Shown here: piece by piece, positions 36,642 to 45,826 of the stretch
How the letters are laid out: every line of letters begins with the position of its first letter
Position numbering within the stretch: position 1 is the first letter of the stretch
Source of the DNA: Thermoproteota archaeon
GTDB lineage: Archaea > Korarchaeota > Korarchaeia > Korarchaeales > Korarchaeaceae
Assembly (NCBI GenBank): GCA_027491915.1
Contig: JAOZGC010000001.1
Location: forward strand, 64,001 to 128,000
Direction: 5' to 3'
Length of the DNA stretch: 64,000 nt
The notes under the pieces: generated by a model
What the model was told of the DNA's origin: nothing
Database searches by the model: none
What the model saw: only the letters and a program-made list of their open reading frames with translations
Translations under genes and position numbers: made by a program

Positions 36642-38511
36642 CCCGGCGCCTCCTGGCCTCACCCCCCCTGCCACCCCTGCCGGCGGCCCCCCGGGGTCGC
36701 CTCGACCCGCCGCCTACCCTCTCCTCCCTCCCCCTTCTCCTCCTGACGAGGACCGAGGCGTACCCTCCGACGGCCAGGGCGGATGCCGCCGCTATGAGGT
36801 GGGCTGAACCAACCCTGTATCCCCCGAGATAGGCCACCAGATCGAATCGGAACCTCAGCGTCCTGACAGACCCACCCCTGAGTATGACGTCGTCGCTCTC
36901 GACTTCCCGGCCGACCCCAACCCTGACCTCGTAGGCTCCCTCTGGAACCTCTATGGTCCAAGAACCGTCCGGGCCGGTGACGCCCACCTCCGACTCGCCC
37001 GAGAGGTCTGTTATCGAGATCTCGGCCCCCGGTATCGGCTGACCGAGGGCGCCCACGACCTCCACCCTGAGGGTCGACGGTGCGGGGACCTCCACCGAGA
37101 TGGGGCCGACCTCCACCCTCCTCTCGACCCCGGTGGGATCCAAGTACGACGCCTCGATAGAAAGGTTGTTCTCCCCCTCCGACAGCGACAGCGAGAAGAT
37201 CCCGCTCGCTGATTCTCCGGGACCCAGCGAGTCGACCTGGATCGGAACCCCGCCGACGACCTCAACTCCCCCAGATCCCTCCACCCAGGCCGATAACTCG
37301 GCTGCCGTCCCGTTTCCCACGTTGGTAACCGTCAGGTTGACGCGGGCTGGCTTCCCGGGGATCACCCAACCCTCCGGGATTACGGAGGCTGTCAGGTTCA
37401 CCCCATAACTACAACCCTTCAACCTGGATGCCAGGCTCTCCAGCTGCCAGCTCAGGGGGGAGCCCGACGAGAGGTTGGCCACTAGCCAGTCTGGGTCGGT
37501 TCCCATCGCAGAGTCGACCCAGGGGCCGGCCCCCTGTGGAACAACCGGTACCCAGGCCATCGTCCTCCCCTCCACGGCCGAGGCCGCGGCCAGGGCCGTG
37601 GCCCCCTCCCGGTACCCGCCGGGATCCCCAGGGAGGTACACCAGGCCGTCGAAATTCCTGAGGAGACCCACGGGCGGAACCTCGCCGTCGGACCAAAGCA
37701 GGATCGCCAGGGGCCACCCGCCCGATCTGAGTAGGTCCGCAGCCTCTCCGTAGATAGCCGGGCCGATCTCCGGGGAGTACACCAGGAAGATCACGTCCCT
37801 CCCCGCGAGTTTCAGGCCCCCGAGGGAGACGACGTCCGCCGAAGCCGACACCACGGCGGAGGCTATGTCCTGCGGCTGATCCGATTCCGGGAAAACGACC
37901 GGCACCACCGGGGCGGTCGTCCCTTCCCCGCCGGTCACGGGGCTCCTGACCGCCACCCCGTCCACCGCGCCCGGCGCCGCCCTGGGGGGCGAGGGGCCGT
38001 CGGCCGAGTAGAAGATGAGCATCCTACCCCCCGGCCTCTCCCTCTCTATCGAGGTCTCCGAGTCCATCGCAGGGGCCGGTATCCTTATCTTACCCTCCAT
38101 CTCCCCGGGGGATTGGAAGTCCCTCACCCCGAGGACCGTCCCGTTCTCCCCCGGGGCCACCACCTCGACGGACAGGCGGCCGCCGGACTTCCAGATCTCG
38201 AACTCTACGGTATCGTTCTCCAGTTCTCCAAGGACGACGCTGATGTTGGCGGAGAAGACGCCGCCGAAATCCCCCGAGAAACCGTCCTCTCCCCTCCTCA
38301 CGAGCTCGCAATCGTCGCACGAGAAGGCCAGCAGGCGGGCTCCCCTGATCTCCATCGAGAAGTGGACGGAGCTCCCCTCCACCCTGATCACCGCCAGGTG
38401 CAGGCTCGCCCCGCCGCCCTCGGCGTGACACGAGCGGACCAAGGTGACGGTCATCAGGAGGACGAGGGCGAGCCTCGCCGCCGCTGCCCCCGCGCCGCCT
38501 TTCCTAACCAT
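36598..38511 (-). CDS. Secreted, C-terminally TM-anchored surface protein (CARDB-like and carboxypeptidase-regulatory-like Ig domains)
   Basis: Signal peptide; VTNVGNGTA; GQPIPGAEI...TGPDG...VPEGAYEV; TM plus RRRR. Confidence 0.7.
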   Translation of the reverse strand: MVRKGGAGAAAARLALVLLMTVTLVRSCHAEGGGASLHLAVIRVEGSSVHFSMEIRGARLLAFSCDDCELVRRGEDGFSGDFGGVFSANISVVLGELENDTVEFEIWKSGGRLSVEVVAPGENGTVLGVRDFQSPGEMEGKIRIPAPAMDSETSIERERPGGRMLIFYSADGPSPPRAAPGAVDGVAVRSPVTGGEGTTAPVVPVVFPESDQPQDIASAVVSASADVVSLGGLKLAGRDVIFLVYSPEIGPAIYGEAADLLRSGGWPLAILLWSDGEVPPVGLLRNFDGLVYLPGDPGGYREGATALAAASAVEGRTMAWVPVVPQGAGPWVDSAMGTDPDWLVANLSSGSPLSWQLESLASRLKGCSYGVNLTASVIPEGWVIPGKPARVNLTVTNVGNGTAAELSAWVEGSGGVEVVGGVPIQVDSLGPGESASGIFSLSLSEGENNLSIEASYLDPTGVERRVEVGPISVEVPAPSTLRVEVVGALGQPIPGAEISITDLSGESEVGVTGPDGSWTIEVPEGAYEVRVGVGREVESDDVILRGGSVRTLRFRFDLVAYLGGYRVGSAHLIAAASALAVGGYASVLVRRRRGREERVGGGSRRPRGAAGRGGRGGEARRRRATPRLGGVGEPGRR

Positions 38512-39097
38512 AGGAGCCCCCCCTGGCCAGGCGCGCGGCCCCCTTCAGGTCCTCCTCCAGCAGGGGCCTGAGTCCCGGATTGTAGATCGCTGCGGCCGGG
38601 TGGATGGTGGGGATCACCGATACATCCACGCCCCCCACCCTCCCCCTCAGGACCCTCCCCCTGAATCTGAGGATCGAGTCTAGCCTGACCCCCACCTGGG
38701 AGGCCAGGAACCTGGAGCTGTGCCTTCCCAGGGCCACTATCACCCTCGGGCCTATCGCCCTCACCTGCTCCAGCAGGAAGCGCGAGCACGCCCTAACCTC
38801 CCCGGGGGAGGGGTCCCTGTTGCCCGGCGGCCTGCACTTCACCAGGTTGGTTATGAAGACTTCTCCCCTCGACAGGCCGGCCCCCCTGAGGGCCAACTCC
38901 AACACCTTGCCGGCCGCCCCGACGAAGGGACGACCCGACTCGTCCTCCCTCCTCCCCGGCGCCTCGCCCACCAGCATTATCTCTGCGGCCGGGTCGCCCT
39001 CTCCTGGGACAGGGTTCTTCCTCTCCCTCCAGAGGTCGCAGGCCCGACACCTGAGGATCTGCAGGCCTATCTCCTCCAGCCTCCCCCGGGATCCCAC
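38504..39097 (-). CDS. udg: Family 4 uracil-DNA glycosylase (4Fe-4S)
   Basis: CRACDL, GEAPG, GRPFVG, TNLVKCRPP, HPAA. Confidence 0.95.
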   Translation of the reverse strand: MGSRGRLEEIGLQILRCRACDLWRERKNPVPGEGDPAAEIMLVGEAPGRREDESGRPFVGAAGKVLELALRGAGLSRGEVFITNLVKCRPPGNRDPSPGEVRACSRFLLEQVRAIGPRVIVALGRHSSRFLASQVGVRLDSILRFRGRVLRGRVGGVDVSVIPTIHPAAAIYNPGLRPLLEEDLKGAARLARGGSYG

Positions 39098-39115
39098 AGG
39101 ATCGGCTGGCGGGGG

Positions 39116-39130
39116 CGGATAAATAATCCT
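39116..39130. promoter_or_regulatory. AT-rich TATA-like element in the short divergent gap between udg and the GTPase
   Basis: ggataaataatcc within a 51-bp divergent intergenic region. Confidence 0.45.
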
Positions 39131-39148
39131 TCTCCGCCTGGGATCGAG

Positions 39149-39934
39149 ATGAGGACCGCCGGTTGGGGAGAGGTCCTAAGGATGCTCAGATCGGCGGATC
39201 TCGTGTTGGAGGTGGTCGACGCCCGCGCCCCCGAGATCACGAGGAGTCGGAGGCTGGAGCGGATGGCAGAATCCAGGGGCAGGCCGGTAGTAATCGTCCT
39301 GAACAAGTCAGACTTGGTTCCGGACGACGTGTCCCTCCGGTGGGCGCGCGAGTTCTCCCTCGAGGGGGTGCCCACCCTCAGGACGAGCGCGACGAGGAGG
39401 ATGGGCACCCTCCTCCTGAGGAGGAGGTTGGAGGATCTCCTCCCGAAACCCTCAACGGTCCTGGTGGCCGGATACCCGAAGGTTGGCAAGAGCTCCCTCA
39501 TCAACGTCCTGAAGGGGAGGCATTCCGCCCGGACGAGCTCGGTTCCCGGGAATCCCGGGTACACCAGGCACTTCCAGAGGTACAGGATCTCCAAGGGGAT
39601 CTCCCTGTTGGACTCCCCCGGAATACTCCCCCCGGGAGGGAGGCCCGTCGAGATCTTCCTCAGGGGGGCCAGCCCCGAGGAGGTCCCCAATCCTGTGGAG
39701 GTCGCGGCCGACTTCATAAGGGTCGCGTCCTCCGTCTGCCCGGGGGCCCTCTCCCCATACGGGGCGGGGTCAGGCGACCCCCTGAAGGTCTTGGAGGCCA
39801 TCGCGATTAGGAGGGGGCTGAGATACGACGACGGCGAGCCCAATCTGGAGGAGGCCGCCAGGTTGGTCATGAGGGACTACCACAGGGGGAGGATACCCTT
39901 CTACATCCCCCCGGGACTGAGGGAGCTGCCTTGA
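39149..39934 (+). CDS. Circularly permuted ribosome-biogenesis GTPase (RbgA/YlqF family)
   Basis: VDARAP, NKSD (G4) before GYPKVGKSS (G1), GYT (G2), DSPG (G3). Confidence 0.92.
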   Translation: MRTAGWGEVLRMLRSADLVLEVVDARAPEITRSRRLERMAESRGRPVVIVLNKSDLVPDDVSLRWAREFSLEGVPTLRTSATRRMGTLLLRRRLEDLLPKPSTVLVAGYPKVGKSSLINVLKGRHSARTSSVPGNPGYTRHFQRYRISKGISLLDSPGILPPGGRPVEIFLRGASPEEVPNPVEVAADFIRVASSVCPGALSPYGAGSGDPLKVLEAIAIRRGLRYDDGEPNLEEAARLVMRDYHRGRIPFYIPPGLRELP

Positions 39935-40037
39935 TGAAATAGACGGGGCCTCCGATCGCGACGTCCCGCGCCCCCGGATCGTGGCCGACCGCCCGGCGAG
40001 GGAGGGGGGCCGTGCCGGGAGGGCCCTCGTCTAATCT

Positions 40038-40171
40038 GGGAGAGGTAGACCGCCCGAGAAATTCTCTCGACTTGAATCCCCCTATCATCCCCCTTAAGGG
40101 GGAGGAACGGGCAGAAGGGGCCTTCTACCCGTGGAGGCCAGCCTCTGAGTTCGCTGGCTCGTCCCTCTCCA
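40038..40171 (-). ncRNA. Putative structured RNA (closed multi-hairpin junction), family unknown
   Basis: Closing stem GGAGAGG-GAC/GUC-UA-CCUCUCC enclosing four hairpins; plus-strand C-A mismatches become G-U pairs on the minus strand. Confidence 0.4.
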
Positions 40172-40220
40172 CAAACCCTTCCCCTCCCCCCACCAACCCC
40201 AACCTCCCCTCGTCGGCCCA

Positions 40221-42005
40221 TCAGCCCTCATCTGAAATAGCCCTCAACTGCTCCCTATACATCTCCAGGATCTCCTCCTCGGTGGTGGCGTCCTGGGGCG
40301 ACTTGTCAGTCCTCCACCTCCCCGTGAACCTTGGGAACCTTATGGCCAGCCCGGCCCCCTCCTTGACCCTCCCCCAGGCGCACGTGTGGACAGGGCTGAG
40401 GGTTATCTCGTCCCCTATGACCTCCAGGACCCTGGCCGGGGTGAACCACACGTCGGCCTCTATGTTGCTGACGACGCTGGGGTGCCTGTGGTCGAGCCTG
40501 AAATCCGCGAGCATCTCGGGCAGGGCGTCCAGCTCCTCGTCGGAGAACCCGGTTCCCATCTTGCAGACGGTCTTGAAGGAGTCCGTCTCCGGATCGTAGG
40601 CCGCCAGCAGCAGCGCCCCGTACTTCCCCGCCCTCCTCCCCCTGCCATAGAACGCGCCGACGACCACCAGGTCGACGGGCTCCACCATCTTCGACATGTA
40701 GCTCCTCTTCAGCTTGATCCAGGACCACCCTCTGACGCCGGCCTGGTACCTGGAATCCAGATCCTTTATCATGAGGCCCTCCGTCCCCCTCTCCACGGCC
40801 TCCTCCAGGTACCTCTCGAGATCCTCGGCCCTCCACTCTCCGATCCTGCCCTCGGCCAGCTTGACCCCCTCGGACTCCCTCACAACCTCGGCCAGCCTCT
40901 CCCTCCTCTCCCTGAGCGGCCTCTGGATGTACTCCTCCCCGTCCAGGTAGAGCAGGTCGAAGAGGTAGATCACGGTAGGTATCTCTTCCATCATCTTCTT
41001 CACTCCGTACTTCCTCCTCCTGTGCATCAGCTCCTGGAACGGCCTTATCTCTCCGGTGATCGGGTTTATACCGACGCACTCGCCGTCGAGGACGGCCGCC
41101 CTCCCCCCAACGGCCTCCCTCACCGACGCCACCACGTCCGGGTACGGGTGTGTTATGTTCTCTAGCCTCCTGGAGAACAGCTCCACCCTGCCGTCGGGCC
41201 AGACGTGCACCTGCATCCTCTCCCCGTCGTACTTGAACTCTGCCAGGAACCTGTTCCCCATTTTCTCCAGTATCTCCTCCGGAGATTTGAGCCTCTGGGC
41301 CAGCATCGGCCTGATCGGCACGCCCAACGTCATCCTTATCTCGGACAGGGCGTCCTCCCCTCCCAGGGCCAGGGCCCTGGCTATCCTCCCTATGTCCGGG
41401 TAGGCGTTGTACCTCTCCTCCAGCGCCGGCCTCCTCCCCCTGGACCCCAGGAAGGCCTCGGCCAGGGCGTCCAGGAGGGTCATGTCCCTGACCCCGAGCC
41501 TGAGCTTTCCCATCACTATCCTGACTATGTACCTGGCCTCCACCGGTTCGGCGTCAGCGAGGAGGCCGCTCAGGGTCCTTATCTTGACGTCCTGCGAGCT
41601 CCTCCCGGATGCGGCCGCTATCTTGCGGAGGGAATCGAACACCCTGCCCACCGTCAGCTCCTCCCTGAAGAAAGCCCTGGTCGCCCTGTTCTCGATCGCC
41701 CACTCGGCCGCGCTGCCCGCGTCCCCCAGCTCCCTGACCTTATCCTCTATCCTCTCCAGGGGGAATCCGGTGGCGAGGGATATGGCCCTCATGACCAGCT
41801 TCTCCCCCAGTCCGAGTTCTACGTCCTCGAACTCCGGGGCAACCCTACCCAGGGTCATGTAGGCCACCTTATCTATTATCTCAGCCGGGGTCTCTCGGAA
41901 CAAGTCGCTCAGAAGGGATATCATGTCCAGCCTGCCGCTGGTCCCCTCTATCCTCTCGTAGTACTCGACCAGCCTGCGGAAGGGCATGTCCCCCATCTGG
42001 ACCAC
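40221..42005 (-). CDS. lig: ATP-dependent DNA ligase
   Basis: PMLA, EFKYDGER (motif I), EGLMIK, WIKLK, RFPRF. Confidence 0.97.
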   Translation of the reverse strand: MVQMGDMPFRRLVEYYERIEGTSGRLDMISLLSDLFRETPAEIIDKVAYMTLGRVAPEFEDVELGLGEKLVMRAISLATGFPLERIEDKVRELGDAGSAAEWAIENRATRAFFREELTVGRVFDSLRKIAAASGRSSQDVKIRTLSGLLADAEPVEARYIVRIVMGKLRLGVRDMTLLDALAEAFLGSRGRRPALEERYNAYPDIGRIARALALGGEDALSEIRMTLGVPIRPMLAQRLKSPEEILEKMGNRFLAEFKYDGERMQVHVWPDGRVELFSRRLENITHPYPDVVASVREAVGGRAAVLDGECVGINPITGEIRPFQELMHRRRKYGVKKMMEEIPTVIYLFDLLYLDGEEYIQRPLRERRERLAEVVRESEGVKLAEGRIGEWRAEDLERYLEEAVERGTEGLMIKDLDSRYQAGVRGWSWIKLKRSYMSKMVEPVDLVVVGAFYGRGRRAGKYGALLLAAYDPETDSFKTVCKMGTGFSDEELDALPEMLADFRLDHRHPSVVSNIEADVWFTPARVLEVIGDEITLSPVHTCAWGRVKEGAGLAIRFPRFTGRWRTDKSPQDATTEEEILEMYREQLRAISDEG

Positions 42006-42011
42006 CGTCTC

Positions 42012-42356
42012 TCACTCCACCGGTATCTCCCTGTACCCCCCAGACCTGAGCGGGGCCTCCACTATCAGGATCCCCCGCCTGAACCTCGCCCTGGCCCCCT
42101 CGGGGTCGACGGAGACTGGCAGCCTTAGGAGCTTCCGATAGGTGGTCTCTAATCCAGAGATCTCGGCCCTGGCCTCGACCAGGATCTCCCTCTCACCTAT
42201 CCTGAGCCTGACGTCGGACGCCCTCGCCCCCGGCAGGTCGACCGTGGCTATCACCCTGTCCCTCTCCACCCTGACGTCCGACAGTGGCTCCACCGGACCA
42301 CCGTAAGCGTAGAGGGTCCACCTGACGTGTTTGTAGAACCATCCCACAGAGATCAC
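42012..42356 (-). CDS. Small heat-shock protein (Hsp20)
   Basis: EPLSDV, VDLPGA, LPVSVDP...ARFRRGILIV. Confidence 0.88.
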   Translation of the reverse strand: MISVGWFYKHVRWTLYAYGGPVEPLSDVRVERDRVIATVDLPGARASDVRLRIGEREILVEARAEISGLETTYRKLLRLPVSVDPEGARARFRRGILIVEAPLRSGGYREIPVE

Positions 42357-42357
42357 C

Positions 42358-43092
42358 TCACCCGATGTAGGAGGGGGCCGCGCCGGCCTCCGGGGGGGTC
42401 ATCACCTTGGTCGTCTGCCTCATTAGCTCCTTCAGCTTGAGTCTGATCGCCTCCGACTCCCTCTCCAGGGACTCGACGTTCACCTCTCTATCCAAGACGG
42501 GTTTGAGGGCCTCTATCAGGCTGGCCGCCGCGCCGGGATCGGGGTAATTCGGGAAGGACTGGGCCAGCAGGGCGGCCGCCGGGACGCCCCTCCTCCTCGC
42601 CTCTCGGAGGAAGTAGGCGGCGAACCCACTTATGTAGCCGCCGGACAGATCCTCTCCGCCTATCTCATCTCCTCTGGAGACCTTCACCCCCCGACTGCTG
42701 AATATCCTGAACACCCCGGGCCTCTCGAGGTCCATCCTCTCCCTCTCGCCCACCCCACCGAGGAGCAGCACCAGGTCGAAGCCCCTCACCTTGGCCCAGT
42801 TCAGCACGTCTCCGAGCATCGCCACCAGGGGATCCGGTGGTATCGGGACCTCCGATTTTATCACGACCGTTCTGCCGTCCTGGAATATCCCTATGGGGTG
42901 TCTGACTACGCCCCCGTCGACCCCCATGACAGGGGGGAGGTCCGACCTGTCCACGTAGCCCACCCGCTCCATCCCGAGCTCCCTCACCAGGAAGTCGGCG
43001 GCTATCACCCCGACCAGCCCGGGACCCGGGAACCCCAGCAGCAGGACGAGGGGCCTCCCCGTCCCCCTGACCCTCTCCACTATGGCGGTCAA
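42358..43092 (-). CDS. PAC2-family proteasome assembly chaperone
   Basis: GFPGPGLVGVIAA, LLLGG, YPDPGAA; TTG start 43092 inferred. Confidence 0.88.
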   Translation of the reverse strand: MTAIVERVRGTGRPLVLLLGFPGPGLVGVIAADFLVRELGMERVGYVDRSDLPPVMGVDGGVVRHPIGIFQDGRTVVIKSEVPIPPDPLVAMLGDVLNWAKVRGFDLVLLLGGVGERERMDLERPGVFRIFSSRGVKVSRGDEIGGEDLSGGYISGFAAYFLREARRRGVPAAALLAQSFPNYPDPGAAASLIEALKPVLDREVNVESLERESEAIRLKLKELMRQTTKVMTPPEAGAAPSYIG

Positions 43093-43179
43093 GCGGCACC
43101 CCCTCGTTGGGTGGGGCGGCCCCATGAATATAGCCTTGTCTCAAAGGTTATCAGGGGGGAGGGCGGTCCCCGACCCGCC

Positions 43180-44604
43180 ATGGTGGGACGCGATCCCAGC
43201 GGGCTGAGGCTGTTCTTCGAACCCCGGAGCGTTGCGGTGGTCGGGGCCTCCACCAGGCCGGGCAAGGTTGGCCACGAAACCCTGAGGAGCCTGGTGAATG
43301 GGAGGTACGGCGGCAGGATCTACCCGATCAACCCCAGGGCGGACGAGGTCCTGGGACTCCGGGCCTACCCCTCCCTCTCCGAGCTGCCCGAGGTCCCCGA
43401 CATGACCGTGGTGGTCATCCCGGCGGAGGCCGCGGCGCGCGCGGTCGAGGAGGCCGCCTCAATGGGATCCAAGGCGATAGTCGTAATCTCCGGAGGTTTC
43501 GCCGAGGTGGGGGGATCCGGGAGAGACCTCCAGCGCAGGATGGTCTCCGCCGCCAGGGCCGCCGGCGCCAGGATCGTCGGGCCGAACTGCATCGGCGTCT
43601 TCGACGGGTGGAGCGGGGTGGACACCCTCTTCCAGAGCGCCGAGAGGCTGCCGCGCCCTCCAGCCGGTCCCCTGGCCTTCCTCTCCCAGAGCGGTACGTA
43701 CGGGATAGCCTTCCTCGACTGGGCCGCCGAGGAGGGTCTGGGCGTGGGGAGGTTCGTCAGCCTGGGGAACCGGGCCGACGTGGACGAGTCAGACGTCATA
43801 GACTTCCTCTCCGACGACGAGAAGACCTCGACCATAGCCGTCTACGTGGAGAGCTTCACGGACGGCAGGTCTCTCTTCGAGGCCGTCGCCGACTGCGACA
43901 AACCGGTTCTCTTCTACCTGGCCGGGAGGACTCCGCGGGGGGCCCGCGTGGCGCGCTCCCACACGGGGAGGATGGCCGCGAGGTACGAGATCGCCAGCTC
44001 GGCCCTGAGGCAGGCGGGGGCCTTCGTGGCCAGGTCCTTCGAGGGGCTCTACGCGGCCGCCAAGGCGGTGTCCCTCCAGCCACCCTGGAGGGACGGGGGT
44101 TTCGCCATGGTGACGAACGGGGCCGGACCCTGCGTGGCCGCCGCCGACGCCATGCAAGAACTGGACCTCCCCCTCGCGACCCCGTCGGAGGAGACCGTGA
44201 GGGAGCTCGGGAGGAGGCTCCCGCGGTACGCCATCCCTGGTAACCCGGTCGACCTAACGGGGAGCGCCAAGACCGACGACTACGCCGAGTCCGTCGAGGC
44301 GCTGGCGTCCGACGACTCGGTCGGCCTGATAGGCATCTTCGTCGTCTTCCAGGACACTCCCCTGGAGGACGACTTCGTCGAGGCGGTGCCGGGGTTCGAG
44401 TTCCGCGGGAAGCCGGTCCTGGTCTACGGGGCGGGCGGCAGGTACGCCAGGGAGAAACTCGTCAGGCTGAACAGGTCCGGCATACCCGCCTACGGGAGGC
44501 TGGACGATCTGGTGGAGGCTGCCAGGGCCCTGAGGTGGGCCGGCGCCCGGTTCCCCCGAGGCCGAGGGGGAGGGTCAGCCTCGACAGCCCGGCCGACATC
44601 CTGA
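43180..44604 (+). CDS. ADP-forming acyl-CoA synthetase alpha subunit (second paralog)
   Basis: VAVVGAS, GPNCIG, SQSG, GNRADV, SHTG, NPVDLTG; ATG 43180. Confidence 0.9.
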   Translation: MVGRDPSGLRLFFEPRSVAVVGASTRPGKVGHETLRSLVNGRYGGRIYPINPRADEVLGLRAYPSLSELPEVPDMTVVVIPAEAAARAVEEAASMGSKAIVVISGGFAEVGGSGRDLQRRMVSAARAAGARIVGPNCIGVFDGWSGVDTLFQSAERLPRPPAGPLAFLSQSGTYGIAFLDWAAEEGLGVGRFVSLGNRADVDESDVIDFLSDDEKTSTIAVYVESFTDGRSLFEAVADCDKPVLFYLAGRTPRGARVARSHTGRMAARYEIASSALRQAGAFVARSFEGLYAAAKAVSLQPPWRDGGFAMVTNGAGPCVAAADAMQELDLPLATPSEETVRELGRRLPRYAIPGNPVDLTGSAKTDDYAESVEALASDDSVGLIGIFVVFQDTPLEDDFVEAVPGFEFRGKPVLVYGAGGRYAREKLVRLNRSGIPAYGRLDDLVEAARALRWAGARFPRGRGGGSASTARPTS

Positions 44605-44860
44605 CGAAGTCCGCCAGACCTGGGGGCCTGCGGAGCTCCGCGTACCTCCTCGCCAGGGATCGGGCCAGCTCACCGGGGACCCCCTCCCTCTCGAGCCGCC
44701 TCCTCAGGGAGGCCGCCGTCCTCCGGCTGGTCAGCCTGTACAGCTCCACGACGACTGCCGCCCCCGCGGCCGCGGCGGCCACGGCGACGGCCGCCCCGAC
44801 GCCCGCCAGGGCCGCGAGGAAGTAGGATGAGATCCGCCTGAGCCCCTGGCGCCACCTCAC
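44462..44860 (-). CDS. Small hypothetical membrane protein
   Basis: TM helix then LEREGVPGELARSLARRY; GTGA overlap with the upstream gene. Confidence 0.55.
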   Translation of the reverse strand: MRWRQGLRRISSYFLAALAGVGAAVAVAAAAAGAAVVVELYRLTSRRTAASLRRRLEREGVPGELARSLARRYAELRRPPGLADFVRMSAGLSRLTLPLGLGGTGRRPTSGPWQPPPDRPASRRRVCRTCSA

Positions 44861-45240
44861 CCTCTCCCTTCCTCCTCGTCTTCCTCTTCCTCCTCCTCTT
44901 CTTCCCTCTCCCTCTTTCCGATCGCGGACCCGATCTCCTCTATCTTCCTCTCCACCTCGCCGCTCTTGATCCCCCCTATCGCGCCCGAGGCCAGCTGGGA
45001 GATCAGCTTGTCTATCACCATGGACCTGTCGAAGAACTCCTCGGTCATCCTGATCGCGACCTCCCTCGGCAGCCCGGACTCCGACAGCTTCCTGTAGAAG
45101 CTGGCGACGCTCTCTCCCACCTTCTCTCCGGTGTCCCTCGAGTATATCGCGTCGAATATCTGCTTCAGGACGGAGGGGAGCCTGTCCAGGAACTCGGCTA
45201 TGACCGACAGCACCTGCCTGAGCTCCTCGACATCCTCCAT
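44857..45240 (-). CDS. Hypothetical protein with acidic tail
   Basis: FYRKLSESGLPREVAIRMTEEF helical motif; poly-Glu C-terminus; ATG 45240. Confidence 0.7.
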   Translation of the reverse strand: MEDVEELRQVLSVIAEFLDRLPSVLKQIFDAIYSRDTGEKVGESVASFYRKLSESGLPREVAIRMTEEFFDRSMVIDKLISQLASGAIGGIKSGEVERKIEEIGSAIGKREREEEEEEEEDEEEGRG

Positions 45241-45310
45241 CTCCTCATCTCGTCCGCCTTCCTCTCCGACCAAGGCATCACCCCCAGATCTTGGGGGGCA
45301 GACCACGGAG

Positions 45311-45748
45311 TTAACCTTGCCGCCCACCCGTGATCAGTTCGTACCTCCTCCCCCTCCCTCCCCCAACCTCCCTGATGAGGCCGAGGGCGGCCAGCCTCCT
45401 CACCCTCTCCGATATTATCCTCCTGGAGGCCGTCCCCCTCAGCTTCTTCACCGCCCTGGTGATCTCCGATATGTTCATAGGTCCCTGGAACGCGAGAGAC
45501 TCGACTATGGCCCTGTTTATCCCGTCGGCCAGGTTCCTGGCCTCCAAGAACCTCTCTGCCCTCAGGGCGGCTGAGGCCACCTCCAGTCCCCCCCTGTTCA
45601 GCTGCAGGGCCTTGAGGGTGAGCATGACCATGTACCTGGCCTCGGGATCACCCTCCACGGCTCCCTGTATGATCTCCAGCCTCCTCACCGTCTCGGTCAG
45701 CAGGCGCTCGAGCCGCTCCAGCCTCCGTCGGAGGTCGTCCTCCGCCAA
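45311..45748 (-). CDS. Winged-helix transcriptional regulator with N-terminal coiled coil
   Basis: GPMNISEITRAVK...SRRIISERVRRLAALGLIREV. Confidence 0.8.
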   Translation of the reverse strand: MAEDDLRRRLERLERLLTETVRRLEIIQGAVEGDPEARYMVMLTLKALQLNRGGLEVASAALRAERFLEARNLADGINRAIVESLAFQGPMNISEITRAVKKLRGTASRRIISERVRRLAALGLIREVGGGRGRRYELITGGRQG

Positions 45749-45826
45749 GCCCCTCCCCCCACCCCCGAAAACTACCCCGCCGGGCGCGCCCCTTCAGGAT
45801 ATTAACCAGGCAGCCGCCGGGGGATC

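Noticed and set aside
40018-40171. tRNA-like element (plus strand ends ...ctctcca), SECIS or H/ACA RNA
   Set aside because: No T-loop/D-loop consensus; the GAA in hairpin 1 lacks a valid apical stem; the ACA follows a multibranch structure rather than a pocketed hairpin; kept only as an unassigned structure
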